This document shows, one piece after another, positions 29,420-46,300 of a stretch of 64,000 nt of DNA; within the stretch, counting starts at the first letter, position 1, and every line of letters begins with the position of its first letter. Source of the DNA: Eledone cirrhosa (taxonomy: Eukaryota); the NCBI GenBank assembly GCA_964016885.1, contig OZ024759.1:310001-374000 (forward strand), written 5' to 3'. The position numbers and the translations under genes are program-made. The notes under the pieces are model-generated. The model saw only the letters and a list, made by a program, of their open reading frames with translations, was not told the origin of the DNA and did not search any database.

Positions 29420-32400
29420 GTAACATGACAAAGTCTATATTAGTAACATGACAAAGTCTACATTAGTAGCATGACACAGTCTATATTAGTAACATGACAA
29501 AGTCTATATTAGTAACATGACACAGTCTATATTAGTAACATGACAAAGTCTATATTAGTAACATGACACAGTCTATATTAGTAACATGACATAGTCTATA
29601 TTAGTAACATGACAAAGTCTATATTAGTAGCATGACACAGCCTATATTAGTAACATGACACAGTCTATATTAGTAACATGACAGTCTATATTAGTAACAT
29701 GACAAAGTCTATATTAGTAGCATGACAAAGTCTATATTAGTAACATGACACAGTCTATATTAGTAACATGACAGTCTATATTAGTAACATGACACAGTCT
29801 ATATTAGTAACATGACAAAGTCTATATTAGTAGCATGACAAAGTCTATATTAGTAACATGACAGTCTATATTAGTAACATGACAAAGTCTATATTAGTAG
29901 CATGACAAAGTCTATATTAGTAGCATGACACAGTCTATATTAGTAACATGACACAGTCTATATTAGTAACATGACACAGTCTATATTAGTAACATGACAA
30001 AGTCTATATTAGTAGCATGACAAAGTCTATATTAGTAACATGACAAAGTCTATATTAGTAACATGACACAGTCTATATTAGTAACATGAGAAAGTATATA
30101 TTAGTAACATGACAAAGTCTATATTAGTAACATGACACAGTCTATATTAGTAACATGACAAAGTCTACATTAGTAACATGACACTGTCTATATTAGTAAC
30201 ATGACAAAGTCTATATTAGTAACATGACACTGTCTATATTAGTAACTTGACAAAGTCTATATTAGTAACATGACACAGTCTATATTAGTAACATGACAAA
30301 GTCTATATTAGTAACATGACACTGTCTATATTAGTAACTTGACAAAGTCTATATTAATAACATGACAAAGTCTATATTAGTAACATGACACTGTCTATAT
30401 TACTAACATGACACAGTCTATATTAGTAACATGACACAGTCTATATTAGTAACATGACAAAGTCTATATTAGTAACATGACACAGTCTATATTAGTAACA
30501 TGGCAAAGTCTATATTAGTAACATGACAAAGTCTATATTAGTAACATGACAAGGTCTATATTAGTAACATGACACAGTCTATATTAGTAACATGACAACG
30601 TCTATATTAGTAACATGACAGTCTATATTAGTAACATGACAAAGTCTATATTAGTAACATGACAAAGTCTATATTAGTAACATGACAGTCTATATTAGTA
30701 ACATGACACAGTCTATATTAGTAACATGACACAGTCTATATTAGTAACATGACAAAGTCTATATTAGTAACATGACACAGTCTATATTATTATCATGACA
30801 AAGTCTATATTAGTAACATGACACAGTCTATATTAGTAACATGACAAAGTCTATATTAGTAACATGACACAGTCTATATTAGTAACATGACACAGTCTAT
30901 ATTAGTAACATGACAAAGTCTATATTAGTAGCATGACAAAGTCTATATTAGTAACATGACAAAGTCTATATTAGTAACATGACACAGTCTATATTAGTAA
31001 CATGACAAAGTCTATATTAGTAACAAGACAGTCTATATTAGTAACATGACAGTCTATATTAGTAGCATGACAAAGTCTATATTAGTAACATGACACAGTC
31101 TATATTAGTAACATGACACAGTCTATATTAGTAACATGACAAAGTCTATATTAGTAGCATAACAAAGTCTATATTAGTAACATGACAAAGTCTATATTAG
31201 TAACATGACACAGTCTATATTAGTAACATGACACAGTCTATATTAGTAACATGACAAAGTCTATATTAGTAACATGACAAAGTCTACATTAGTAGCATGA
31301 CACAGTCTATATTAGTAACATGACAAAGTCTATATTAGTAACATGACACAGTCTATATTAGTAACATGACAAAGTCTATATTAGTAACATGACACAGTCT
31401 ATATTAGTAACATGACATAGTCTATATTAGTAACATGACAAAGTCTATATTAGTAGCATGACACAGCCTATATTAGTAACATGACACAGTCTATATTAGT
31501 AACATGACAGTCTATATTAGTAACATGACAAAGTCTATATTAGTAGCATGACAAAGTCTATATTAGTAACATGACACAGTCTATATTAGTAACATGACAG
31601 TCTATATTAGTAACATGACACAGTCTATATTAGTAACATGACAAAGTCTATATTAGTAGCATGACAAAGTGTATATTAGTAACATGACAGTCTATATTAG
31701 TAACATGACAAAGTCTATATTAGTAGCATGACAAAGTCTATATTAGTAGCATGACACAGTCTATATTAGTAACATGACACAGTCTATATTAGTAACATGA
31801 CACAGTCTATATTAGTAACATGACAAAGTCTATATTAGTAGCATGACAAAGTCTATATTAGTAACATGACAAAGTCTATATTAGTAACATGACACAGTCT
31901 ATATTAGTAACATGAGAAAGTATATATTAGTAACATGACAAAGTCTATATTAGTAACATGACACAGTCTATATTAGTAACATGACAAAGTCTACATTAGT
32001 AACATGACACTGTCTATATTAGTAACATGACAAAGTCTATATTAGTAACATGACACTGTCTATATTAGTAACTTGACAAAGTCTATATTAGTAACATGAC
32101 ACAGTCTATATTAGTAACATGACAAAGTCTATATTAGTAACATGACACTGTCTATATTAGTAACTTGACAAAGTCTATATTAATAACATGACAAAGTCTA
32201 TATTAGTAACATGACACTGTCTATATTACTAACATGACACAGTCTATATTAGTAACATGACACAGTCTATATTAGTAACATGACAAAGTCTATATTAGTA
32301 ACATGACACAGTCTATATTAGTAACATGGCAAAGTCTATATTAGTAACATGACAAAGTCTATATTAGTAACATGACAAGGTCTATATTAGTAACATGACA

Positions 32401-33070
32401 CAGTCTATATTAGTAACATGACAACGTCTATATTAGTAACATGACAGTCTATATTAGTAACATGACAAAGTCTATATTAGTAACATGACAAAGTCTATAT
32501 TAGTAACATGACAGTCTATATTAGTAACATGACACAGTCTATATTAGTAACATGACACAGTCTATATTAGTAACATGACAAAGTCTATATTAGTAACATG
32601 ACACAGTCTATATTATTAACATGACAAAGTCTATATTAGTAACATGACACAGTCTATATTAGTAACATGACAAAGTCTATATTAGTAACATGACACAGTC
32701 TATATTAGTAACATGACACAGTCTATATTAGTAACATGACAAAGTCTATATTAGTAGCATGACAAAGTCTATATTAGTAACATGACAAAGTCTATATTAG
32801 TAACATGACACAGTCTATATTAGTAACATGACAAAGTCTATATTAGTAACAAGACAGTCTATATTAGTAACATGACAGTCTATATTAGTAGCATGACAAA
32901 GTCTATATTAGTAACATGACACAGTCTATATTAGTAACATGACACAGTCTATATTAGTAACATGACAAAGTCTATATTAGTAGCATAACAAAGTCTATAT
33001 TAGTAACATGACAAAGTCTATATTAGTAACATGACACAGTCTATATTAGTAACATGACACAGTCTATATT
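29420..33070. repeat. 1826-bp tandem duplication
   Basis: GTCTACATT 29461/31287, CACAGCCTA 29641/31467, GAGAAAGTATA 30090/31916. Confidence 0.9.
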
Positions 33071-36000
33071 AGTAACATGACACAGTCTATATTAGTAACA
33101 TGACACAGTCTATATTAGTAACATGACAAAGTCTATATTAGTAACATGACAAAGTCTATATTAGTAATATGACAGTCTATATTAGTAACATGACAAAGTC
33201 TATATTAGTAACATGACACAGTCTATATTAGTAGCATGACAAGGTCTATATTAGTAACATGACACAGTCTATATTAGTAACATGACAAAGTCTATATTGG
33301 TAACATGACAGTCTATATTAGTAACATGACACAGTCTATATTAGTAACATGACACAGTCTATATTAGTAACATGACAAAGTCTATATTAGTAACATGACA
33401 CAGTCTATATTAGTAACATGGCAAAGTCTATATTAGTAACATGACAAAGTCTATATTAGTAACATGACAAGGTCTATATTAGTAACATGACACAGTCTAT
33501 ATTAGTAACATGACAAAGTCTATATTAGTAACAAGACAGTCTATATTAGTAACATGACAGTCTATATTAGTAGCATGACAAAGTCTATATTAGTAACATG
33601 ACACAGTCTATATTAGTAACATGACACAGTCTATATTAGTAACATGACAAAGTCTATATTAGTAGCATAACAAAGTCTATATTAGTAACATGACAAAGTC
33701 TATATTAGTAACATGACACAGTCTATATTAGTAACATGACACAGTCTATATTAGTAACATGACACAGTCTATATTAGTAACATGACACAGTCTATATTAG
33801 TAACATGACAAAGTCTATATTAGTAACATGACAAAGTCTATATTAGTAATATGACAGTCTATATTAGTAACATGACAAAGTCTATATTAGTAACATGACA
33901 CAGTCTATATTAGTAACATGACAAGGTCTATATTAGTAACATGACACAGTCTATATTAGTAACATGACAAAGTCTATATTGGTAACATGACAGTCTATAT
34001 TAGTAACATGACAAAGTCTATATTAGTAACATGACAAAGTCTATATTAGTAACATGACAAAGTCTATATTAGTAGCATGACAAAGTCTATATTAGTAACA
34101 TGACAAAGTCTATATTAGTAACATGACACAGTCTATATTAGTAACATGTCAAAGTCTATATTAGTAACATGACAAAGTCTATATTAGTAACATGACAAAG
34201 TCTATATTAGTAACATGACACTGTCTATATTAGTAACTTGACAAAGTCTATATTAGTAACATGACACTGTCTATATTAGTAACATGACAAAGTCTATATT
34301 AGTAACATGACACTGTCTATATTAGTAACTTGACAAAGTCTATATTAGTAACATGACAAAGTCTATATTAGTAACATGACACTGTCTATATTACTAACAT
34401 GACACAGTCTATATTAGTAACATGACACAGTCTATATTAGTAACATGACAAAGTCTATATTAGTAACATGACACAGTCTATATTAGTAACATGGCAAAGT
34501 CTATATTAGTAACATGACAAAGTCTATATTAGTAACATGACAAGGTCTATATTAGTAACATGACACAGTCTATATTAGTAACATGACAAAGTCTATATTA
34601 GTAACATGACAGTCTATATTAGTAACATGACAAAGTCTATATTAGTAACATGACAAAGTCTATATTAGTAACATGACAAAGTCTATATTAGTAACATGAC
34701 AAAGTCTATATTAGTAGCATGACACAGTCTATATTATTAACATGACAAAGTCTATATTAGTAACATGACACAGTCTATATTAGTAATATGACAAACTCTA
34801 TATTAGTAACATGACACAGTCTATATTAGTAACATGACAGTCTATATTAGTAACATGACAAAGTCTATATTAGTAACATGACAAAGTCTATATTAGTAAC
34901 ATGACAGTCTATATTAGTAACATGACACAGTCTATATTAGTAACATGACACAGTCTATATTAGTAACATGACAAAGTCTATATTAGTAACATGACACAGT
35001 CTATATTATTAACATGACAAAGTCTATATTAGTAACATGACACAGTCTATATTAGTAACATGACAAAGTCTATATTAGTAACATGACACAGTCTATATTA
35101 GTAACATGACACAGTCTAAATTAGTAACATGACAAAGTCTATATTAGTAGCATGACAAAGTCTATATTAGTAACATGACAAAGTCTATATTAGTAACATG
35201 ACACAATCTATATTAGTAACATGACAAAGTCTATATTAGTAACAAGACAGTCTATATTAGTAACATGACAGTCTATATTAGTAGCATGACAAAGTCTATA
35301 TTAGTAACATGACACAGTCTATATTAGTAACATGACACAGTCTATATTAGTAACATGACAAAGTCTATATTAGTAGCATGACAAAGTCTATATTAGTAAC
35401 ATGACACAGTCTATATTAGTAACATGACAAAGTCTATATTAGTAGCATGACAAAGTCTATATTAGTAACATGACAAAGTCTATATTAGTAACATGACAAA
35501 GTCTATATTAGTAACATGACAGTATATATTAGTAACATGACAGTCCATATTAGTAGCATGACAAAGTCTATATTAGTAACATGACAAAGTCTATATTAGT
35601 AACATGACACAGTGTATATTAGTAACATGACACAGTCTATATTAGTAACATGACACAGTCTATATTAGTAACATGACACAGTCTATATTAGTAACATGAC
35701 AAAGTCTATATTAGTAACATGACAAAGTCTATATTAGTAATATGACAGTCTATATTAGTAACATGACAAAGTCTATATTAGTAACATGACACAGTCTATA
35801 TTAGTAACATGACAAGGTCTATATTAGTAACATGACACAGTCTATATTAGTAACATGACAAAGTCTATATTAGTAACATGACAGTCTATATTAGTAACAT
35901 GACAAAGTCTATATTAGTAACATGACAAAGTCTATATTAGTAGCATGACAAAGTCTATATTAGTAACATGACAAAGTCTATATTAGTAACATGACAAAGT

Positions 36001-39000
36001 CTATATTAGTAACATGACAAGGTCTATATTAGTAACATGACACAGTCTATATTAGTAACATGACAAAGTCTATATTAGTAACATGACAGTCTATATTAGT
36101 AACATGACAAAGTCTATATTAGTAACATGACAAAGTCTATATTAGTAGCATGACAAAGTCTATATTAGTAACATGACAAAGTCTATATTAGTAACATGAC
36201 ACAGTCTATATTAGTAACATGTCAAAGTCTATATTAGTAACATGACAAAGTCTATATTAGTAACATGACAAAGTCTATATTAGTAACATGACATTGTCTA
36301 TATTAGTAACTTGACAAAGTCTATATTAGTAACATGACACAGTCTATATTAGTAACATGACAAAGTCTATATTATTAACATGACACAGTCTATATTAGTA
36401 ACATGACACAGTCTATATTAGTAACATGACAAAGTCTATATTAGTTAAATGACACAGTCTATATTAGTAACATGGCAAAGTCTATATTAGTAACACGGCA
36501 AAGTCTATATTAGTAACATGACACGGTCTATATTAGTAACATGACACAGTCTATATTAGTAACATGACAAAGTCTATATTAGTAACATGACAGTCTATAT
36601 TAGTAACATGACAAAGTCTATATTAGTAACATGACAAAGTCTATATTAGTAACATGACAGTCTATATTAGTAACATGACACAGTCTATATTAGTAACATG
36701 ACACAGTCTATATTAGTAACATGACAAAGTCTATATTAGTAGCATGACAAAGTCTATATTAGTAACATGACACAGTCTATATTAGTAACATGACAAAGTC
36801 TATATTAGTAGCATGACAAAGTCTATATTAGTAACATGACAAAGTCTATATTAGTAACATGACAAAGTCTATATTAGTAACATGACAGTATATATTAGTA
36901 ACATGACAGTCCATATTAGTAGCATGACAAAGTCTATATTAGTAACATGACAAAGTCTATATTAGTAACATGACACAGTCTATATTAGTAACATGACACA
37001 GTCTATATTAGTAACATGACACAGTCTATATTAGTAACATGACACAGTCTATATTAGTAACATGACAAAGTCTATATTAGTAACATGACAAAGTCTATAT
37101 TAGTAATATGACAGTCTATATTAGTAACATGACACAGTCTATATTAGTAACATGACAAGGTCTATATTAGTAACATGACACAGTCTATATTAGTAACATG
37201 ACAAAGTCTATATTAGTAACATGACAGTCTATATTAGTAACATGACAAAGTCTATATTAGTAACATGACAAAGTCTATATTAGTAGCATGACAAAGTCTA
37301 TATTAGTAACATGACAAAGTCTATATTAGTAACATGACAAAGTCTATATTAGTAACATGACAAGGTCTATATTAGTAACATGACACAGTCTATATTAGTA
37401 ACATGACAAAGTCTATATTAGTAACATGACAGTCTATATTAGTAACATGACAAAGTCTATATTAGTAACATGACAAAGTCTATATTAGTAACATGACAAA
37501 GTCTATATTAGTAGCATGACAAAGTCTATATTAGTAACATGACAAAGTCTATATTAGTAACATGACACAGTCTATATTAGTAACATGTCAAAGTCTATAT
37601 TAGTAACATGACAAAGTCTATATTAGTAACATGACAAAGTCTATATTAGTAACATGACATTGTCTATATTAGTAACTTGACAAAGTCTATATTAGTAACA
37701 TGACACAGTCTATATTAGTAACATGACAAAGTCTATATTAGTAACATGACACTGTCTATATTAGTAACTTGACAAAGTCTATATTAGTAACATGACAAAG
37801 TCTATATTAGTAAAATGACACTGTCTATATTACTAACATGACACAGTCTATATTAGTAACATGACACAGTCTATATTAGTAACATGACAAAGTCTATATT
37901 AGTTAAATGACACAGTCTATATTAGTAACATGGCAAAGTCTATATTAGTAACATGACACAGTCTATATTAGTAACATGACACAGTCTATATTAGTAACAT
38001 GACAAAGTCTATATTAGTAGCATAACAAAGTCTATATTAGTAACATGACAAAGTCTATATTAGTAACATGACACAGTCTATATTAGTAACATGACACAGT
38101 CTATATTAGTAACATGACACAGTCTATATTAGTAACATGACACAGTCTATATTAGTAACATGACAAAGTCTATATTAGTAACATGACAAAGTCTATATTA
38201 GTAATATGACAGTCTATATTAGTAACATGACAAAGTCTATATTAGTAACATGACACAGTCTATATTAGTAACATGACAAGGTCTATATTAGTAACATGAC
38301 ACAGTCTATATTAGTAACATGACAAAGTCTATATTGGTAACATGACAGTCTATATTAGTAACATGACACAGTCTATATTAGTAACATGACACAGTCTATA
38401 TTAGTAACATGACAAAGTCTATATTAGTAACATGACACAGTCTATATTAGTAACATGGCAAAGTCTATATTAGTAACATGACAAAGTCTATATTAGTAAC
38501 ATGACAAGGTCTATATTAGTAACATGACACAGTCTATATTAGTAACATGACAAAGTCTATATTAGTAACAAGACAGTCTATATTAGTAACATGACAGTCT
38601 ATATTAGTAGCATGACAAAGTCTATATTAGTAACATGACACAGTCTATATTAGTAACATGACACAGTCTATATTAGTAACATGACAAAGTCTATATTAGT
38701 AGCATAACAAAGTCTATATTAGTAACATGACAAAGTCTATATTAGTAACATGACACAGTCTATATTAGTAACATGACACAGTCTATATTAGTAACATGAC
38801 ACAGTCTATATTAGTAACATGACACAGTCTATATTAGTAACATGACAAAGTCTATATTAGTAACATGACAAAGTCTATATTAGTAATATGACAGTCTATA
38901 TTAGTAACATGACAAAGTCTATATTAGTAACATGACACAGTCTATATTAGTAACATGACAAGGTCTATATTAGTAACATGACACAGTCTATATTAGTAAC

Positions 39001-41330
39001 ATGACAAAGTCTATATTGGTAACATGACAGTCTATATTAGTAACATGACAAAGTCTATATTAGTAACATGACAAAGTCTATATTAGTAACATGACAAAGT
39101 CTATATTAGTAGCATGACAAAGTCTATATTAGTAACATGACAAAGTCTATATTAGTAACATGACACAGTCTATATTAGTAACATGTCAAAGTCTATATTA
39201 GTAACATGACAAAGTCTATATTAGTAACATGACAAAGTCTATATTAGTAACATGACACTGTCTATATTAGTAACTTGACAAAGTCTATATTAGTAACATG
39301 ACACTGTCTATATTAGTAACATGACAAAGTCTATATTAGTAACATGACACTGTCTATATTAGTAACTTGACAAAGTCTATATTAGTAACATGACAAAGTC
39401 TATATTAGTAACATGACACTGTCTATATTACTAACATGACACAGTCTATATTAGTAACATGACACAGTCTATATTAGTAACATGACAAAGTCTATATTAG
39501 TAACATGACACAGTCTATATTAGTAACATGGCAAAGTCTATATTAGTAACATGACAAAGTCTATATTAGTAACATGACAAGGTCTATATTAGTAACATGA
39601 CACAGTCTATATTAGTAACATGACAAAGTCTATATTAGTAACATGACAGTCTATATTAGTAACATGACAAAGTCTATATTAGTAACATGACAAAGTCTAT
39701 ATTAGTAACATGACAAAGTCTATATTAGTAACATGACAAAGTCTATATTAGTAGCATGACACAGTCTATATTATTAACATGACAAAGTCTATATTAGTAA
39801 CATGACACAGTCTATATTAGTAATATGACAAACTCTATATTAGTAACATGACACAGTCTATATTAGTAACATGACAGTCTATATTAGTAACATGACAAAG
39901 TCTATATTAGTAACATGACAAAGTCTATATTAGTAACATGACAGTCTATATTAGTAACATGACACAGTCTATATTAGTAACATGACACAGTCTATATTAG
40001 TAACATGACAAAGTCTATATTAGTAACATGACACAGTCTATATTATTAACATGACAAAGTCTATATTAGTAACATGACACAGTCTATATTAGTAACATGA
40101 CAAAGTCTATATTAGTAACATGACACAGTCTATATTAGTAACATGACACAGTCTAAATTAGTAACATGACAAAGTCTATATTAGTAGCATGACAAAGTCT
40201 ATATTAGTAACATGACAAAGTCTATATTAGTAACATGACACAATCTATATTAGTAACATGACAAAGTCTATATTAGTAACAAGACAGTCTATATTAGTAA
40301 CATGACAGTCTATATTAGTAGCATGACAAAGTCTATATTAGTAACATGACACAGTCTATATTAGTAACATGACACAGTCTATATTAGTAACATGACAAAG
40401 TCTATATTAGTAGCATGACAAAGTCTATATTAGTAACATGACACAGTCTATATTAGTAACATGACAAAGTCTATATTAGTAGCATGACAAAGTCTATATT
40501 AGTAACATGACAAAGTCTATATTAGTAACATGACAAAGTCTATATTAGTAACATGACAGTATATATTAGTAACATGACAGTCCATATTAGTAGCATGACA
40601 AAGTCTATATTAGTAACATGACAAAGTCTATATTAGTAACATGACACAGTGTATATTAGTAACATGACACAGTCTATATTAGTAACATGACACAGTCTAT
40701 ATTAGTAACATGACACAGTCTATATTAGTAACATGACAAAGTCTATATTAGTAACATGACAAAGTCTATATTAGTAATATGACAGTCTATATTAGTAACA
40801 TGACAAAGTCTATATTAGTAACATGACACAGTCTATATTAGTAACATGACAAGGTCTATATTAGTAACATGACACAGTCTATATTAGTAACATGACAAAG
40901 TCTATATTAGTAACATGACAGTCTATATTAGTAACATGACAAAGTCTATATTAGTAACATGACAAAGTCTATATTAGTAGCATGACAAAGTCTATATTAG
41001 TAACATGACAAAGTCTATATTAGTAACATGACAAAGTCTATATTAGTAACATGACAAGGTCTATATTAGTAACATGACACAGTCTATATTAGTAACATGA
41101 CAAAGTCTATATTAGTAACATGACAGTCTATATTAGTAACATGACAAAGTCTATATTAGTAACATGACAAAGTCTATATTAGTAGCATGACAAAGTCTAT
41201 ATTAGTAACATGACAAAGTCTATATTAGTAACATGACACAGTCTATATTAGTAACATGTCAAAGTCTATATTAGTAACATGACAAAGTCTATATTAGTAA
41301 CATGACAAAGTCTATATTAGTAACATGACA
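32900..41330. repeat. Duplication with offset 5037 bp (about 32900-36290 vs about 37940-41330), containing an internal 682-bp repeat
   Basis: TATTGGTAAC 33299/38336 and 33981/39018, ACAAACTC 34796/39833, GTCTAAATT 35119/40156. Confidence 0.88.
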
Positions 41331-43399
41331 GTCTATATTAGTAACATGACAAAGTCTATATTAGTAACATGACAAAGTCTATATTAGTAACATGACAAAG
41401 TCTATATTAGTAGCATGACAAAGTCTATATTAGTAACATGACAAAGTCTATATTAGTAACATGACACAGTCTATATTAGTAACATGTCAAAGTCTATATT
41501 AGTAACATGACAAAGTCTATATTAGTAACATGACAAAGTCTATATTAGTAACATGACATTGTCTATATTAGTAACTTGACAAAGTCTATATTAGTAACAT
41601 GACACAGTCTATATTAGTAACATGACAAAGTCTATATTAGTAACATGACACTGTCTATATTAGTAACTTGACAAAGTCTATATTAGTAACATGACAAAGT
41701 CTATATTAGTAAAATGACACTGTCTATATTACTAACATGACACAGTCTATATTAGTAACATGACACAGTCTATATTAGTAACATGACAAAGTCTATATTA
41801 GTTAAATGACACAGTCTATATTAGTAACATGGCAAAGTCTATATTAGTAACATGACAAAGTCTATATTAGTAACATGACAAGGTCTATATTAGTAACATG
41901 ACACAGTCTATATTAGTAACATGACAAAGTCTATATTAGTAACATGACAGTCTATATTAGTAACATGACAAAGTCTATATTAGTAACATGACAAAGTCTA
42001 TATTAGTAACATGACAGTCTATATTAGTAACATGACACAGTCTATATTAGTAACATGACACAGTCTATATTAGTAACATGACAAAGTCTATATTAGTAAC
42101 ATGACACAGTCTATATTAGTAACATGACAAAGTCTATATTAGTAACATGACAAGGTCTATATTAGTAACATGACACAGTCTATATTAGTAACATGACAAA
42201 GTCTATATTAGTAACATGACAGTCTATATTAGTAACATGACAAAGTCTATATTAGTAACATGACAAAGTCTATATTAGTAACATGACAAAGTCTATATTA
42301 GTAGCATGACAAAGTCTATATTAGTAACATGACAAAGTCTATATTAGTAACATGACACAGTCTATATTAGTAACATGTCAAAGTCTATATTAGTAACATG
42401 ACAAAGTCTATATTAGTAACATGACAAAGTCTATATTAGTAACATGACATTGTCTATATTAGTAACTTGACAAAGTCTATATTAGTAACATGACACAGTC
42501 TATATTAGTAACATGACAAAGTCTATATTAGTAACATGACACTGTCTATATTAGTAACTTGACAAAGTCTATATTAGTAACATGACAAAGTCTATATTAG
42601 TAACATGACACTGTCTATATTACTAACATGACACAGTCTATATTAGTAACATGACACAGTCTATATTAGTAAATTGACAAAGTCTATATTAGTTAAATGA
42701 CACAGTCTATATTAGTAACATGGCAAAGTCTATATTAGTAACATGACAAAGTTTATATTAGTAACATGACAAGGTCTATATTAGTAACATGACACAGTCT
42801 ATATTAGTAACATGACAAAGTCTATATTAGTAACATGACAGTCTATATTAGTAACATGACAAAGTCTATATTAGTAACATGACAAAGTCTATATTAGTAA
42901 CATGACAGTCTATATTAGTAACATGACACAGTCTATATTAGTAACATGACACAGTCTATATTAGTAACATGACAAAGTCTATATTAGTAACATGACACAG
43001 TCTATATTATTAACATGACAAAGTCTATATTAGTAACATGACACAGTCTATATTAGTAACATGACAAAGTCTATATTAGTAACATGACACAGTCTATATT
43101 AGTAACATGACAAAGTCTATATTAGTAGCATGACAAAGTCTATATTAGTAACATGACAAAGTCTATATTAGTAACATGACAAGGTCTATATTAGTAACAT
43201 GACACAGTCTATATTAGTAACATGACAGTATATATTAGTAACATGACAGTCCATATTAGTAGCATGACAAAGTCTATATTAGTAACATGACAAAGTCTAT
43301 ATTAGTAACATGACACAGTCTATATTAGTAACATGACACAGTCTATATTAGTAACATGACACAGTGTATATTAGTAACATGACACAGTCTATATTAGTA

Positions 43400-46300
43400 A
43401 CATGACAAAGTCTATATTAGTAACATGACAAAGTCTATATTAGTAATATGACAGTCTATATTAGTAACATGACAAAGTCTATATTAGTAACATGACACAG
43501 TCTATATTAGTAACATGACAAGGTCTATATTAGTAACATGACACAGTCTATATTAGTAACATGACAAAGTCTATATTAGTAACATGACAGTCTATATTAG
43601 TAACATGACAAAGTCTATATTAGTAACATGACAAAGTCTATATTAGTAGCATGACAAAGTCTATATTAGTAACATGACAAAGTCTATATTAGTAACATGA
43701 CAAAGTCTATATTAGTAACATGACAAGGTCTATATTAGTAACATGACACAGTCTATATTAGTAACATGACAAAGTCTATATTAGTAACATGACAGTCCAT
43801 ATTAGTAACATGACAAAGTCTATATTAGTAACATGACAAAGTCTATATTAGTAACATGACAAAGTCTATATTAGTAGCATGACAAAGTCTATATTAGTAA
43901 CATGACAAAGTCTATATTAGTAACATGACACAGTCTATATTAGTAACATGTCAAAGTCTATATTAGTAACATGACAAAGTCTATATTAGTAACATGACAA
44001 AGTCTATATTAGTAACATGACACTGTCTATATTAGTAACTTGACAAAGTCTATATTAGTAACATGACACAGTCTATATTAGTAACATGACAAAGTCTATA
44101 TTAGTAACATGACACTGTCTATATTAGTTACTTGACAAAGTCTATATTAGTAACATGACAAAGTCTATATTAGTAACATGACACTGTCTATATTACTAAC
44201 ATGACACAGTCTATATTAGTAACATGACACAGTCTATATTAGTAACATGACAAAGTCTATATTAGTAACATGACACAGTCTATATTAGTAACATGGCAAA
44301 GTCTATATTAGTAACATGACAAAGTCTATATTAGTAACATGACAAGGTCTATATTAGTAACATGACACAGTCTATATTAGTAACATGACAAAGTCTATAT
44401 TAGTAACATGACAGTCTATATTAGTAACATGACAAAGTCTATATTAGTAACATGACAAAGTCTATATTAGTAACATGACAGTCTATATTAGTAACATGAC
44501 ACAGTCTATATTAGTAACATGACACAGTCTATATTAGTAACATGACAAAGTCTATATTAGTAACATGACACAGTCTATATTATTAACATGACAAAGTCTA
44601 TATTAGTAACATGACACAGTCTATATTAGTAACATGACAAAGTCTCTATTAGTAACATGACAAAGTCTATATTAGTAACATGACAGTCTATATTAGTAAC
44701 ATGACAAAGTCTATATTAGAAACATGACAAAGTCTATATTAGTAACATGACAAAGTCTATATTAGTAACATGACAAAGTCTATATTAGTAACATGACACA
44801 GTCTATATTAGTAACATGACAAAGTCTATATTAGTAGCATGACAAAGTCTATATTAGTAACATGACAAAGTCTATATTAGTAACATGACACAGTCTATAT
44901 TAGTAACATGACAAAGTCTATATTAGTAACATGACAGTCTATATTAGTAACATGACAGTCTATATTATTAGCATGACAAAGTCTATATTAGTAACATGAC
45001 ACAGTCTATATTAGTAACATGACACAGTCTATATTAGTAACATGACAAAGTCTATATTAGTAGCATGACAAAGTCTATATTAGTAACATGACACAGTCTA
45101 TATTAGTAACATGACAAAGTCTATATTAGTAGCATGACAAAGTCTATATTAGTAACATGACAAAGTCTATATTAGTAACATGACAAAGTCTATATTAGTA
45201 ACATGACAGTATATATTAGTAACATGACAGTCCATATTAGTAGCATGACAAAGTCTATATTAGTAACATGACAAAGTCTATATTAGTAACATGACACAGG
45301 CTATATTAGTAACATGACACAGTCTATATTAGTAACATGACACAGTCTATATTAGTAACATGACACAGTCTATATTAGTAACGTGACAAAGTCTATATTA
45401 GTAACATGACAAAGTCTATATTAGTAACATGACAGTCTATATTAGTAACATGACAAAGTCTATATTAGTAACATGACACAGTCTATATTAGTAACATGAC
45501 AAAGTCTCTATTAGTAACATGACAAAGTCTATATTAGTAACATGACAGTCTATATTAGTAACATGACAAAGTCTCTATTAGTAACATGACAAAGTCTATA
45601 TTATTAACATGACAGTCTATATTAGTAACATGACAAAGTCTATATTAGTAACATGACAGTCTATATTGTAACATGACACAGTCTATATTAGTAACATGAC
45701 ACAGTCTATATTAGTAACATGACAAAGTCTCTATTAGTAACATGACAAAGTCTATATTAGTAACATGACAGTCTATATTAGTAACATGACAAAGTCTCTA
45801 TTAGTAACATGACAAAGTCTATATTATTAACATGACAGTCTATATTAGTAACATGACAAAGTCTATATTAGTAACAAGACAGTCTATATTGTAACATGAC
45901 ACAGTCTATATTAGTAACATGACACAGTCTATATTAGTAACATGACAGTCTATATTAGTAACATGACAAAGTCTATATTAGTAACATGACAAAGTCTATA
46001 TTAGTAACATGACAAAGTCTATATTAGTAACATGACAAAGTCTATATTAGTAGCATGACACAGTCTATATTAGTAACATGACAAAGTCTATATTAGTAAC
46101 ATGACACAGTCTATATTAGTAACATGACAAAGTCTATATTAGTAACATGACACAGTCTATATTAGTAACATGACATAGTCTATATTAGTAACATGACAAA
46201 GTCTATATTAGTAGCATGACACAGTCTATATTAGTAACATGACACAGTCTATATTAGTAACATGACAGTCTATATTAGTAACATGACAAAGTCTATATTA

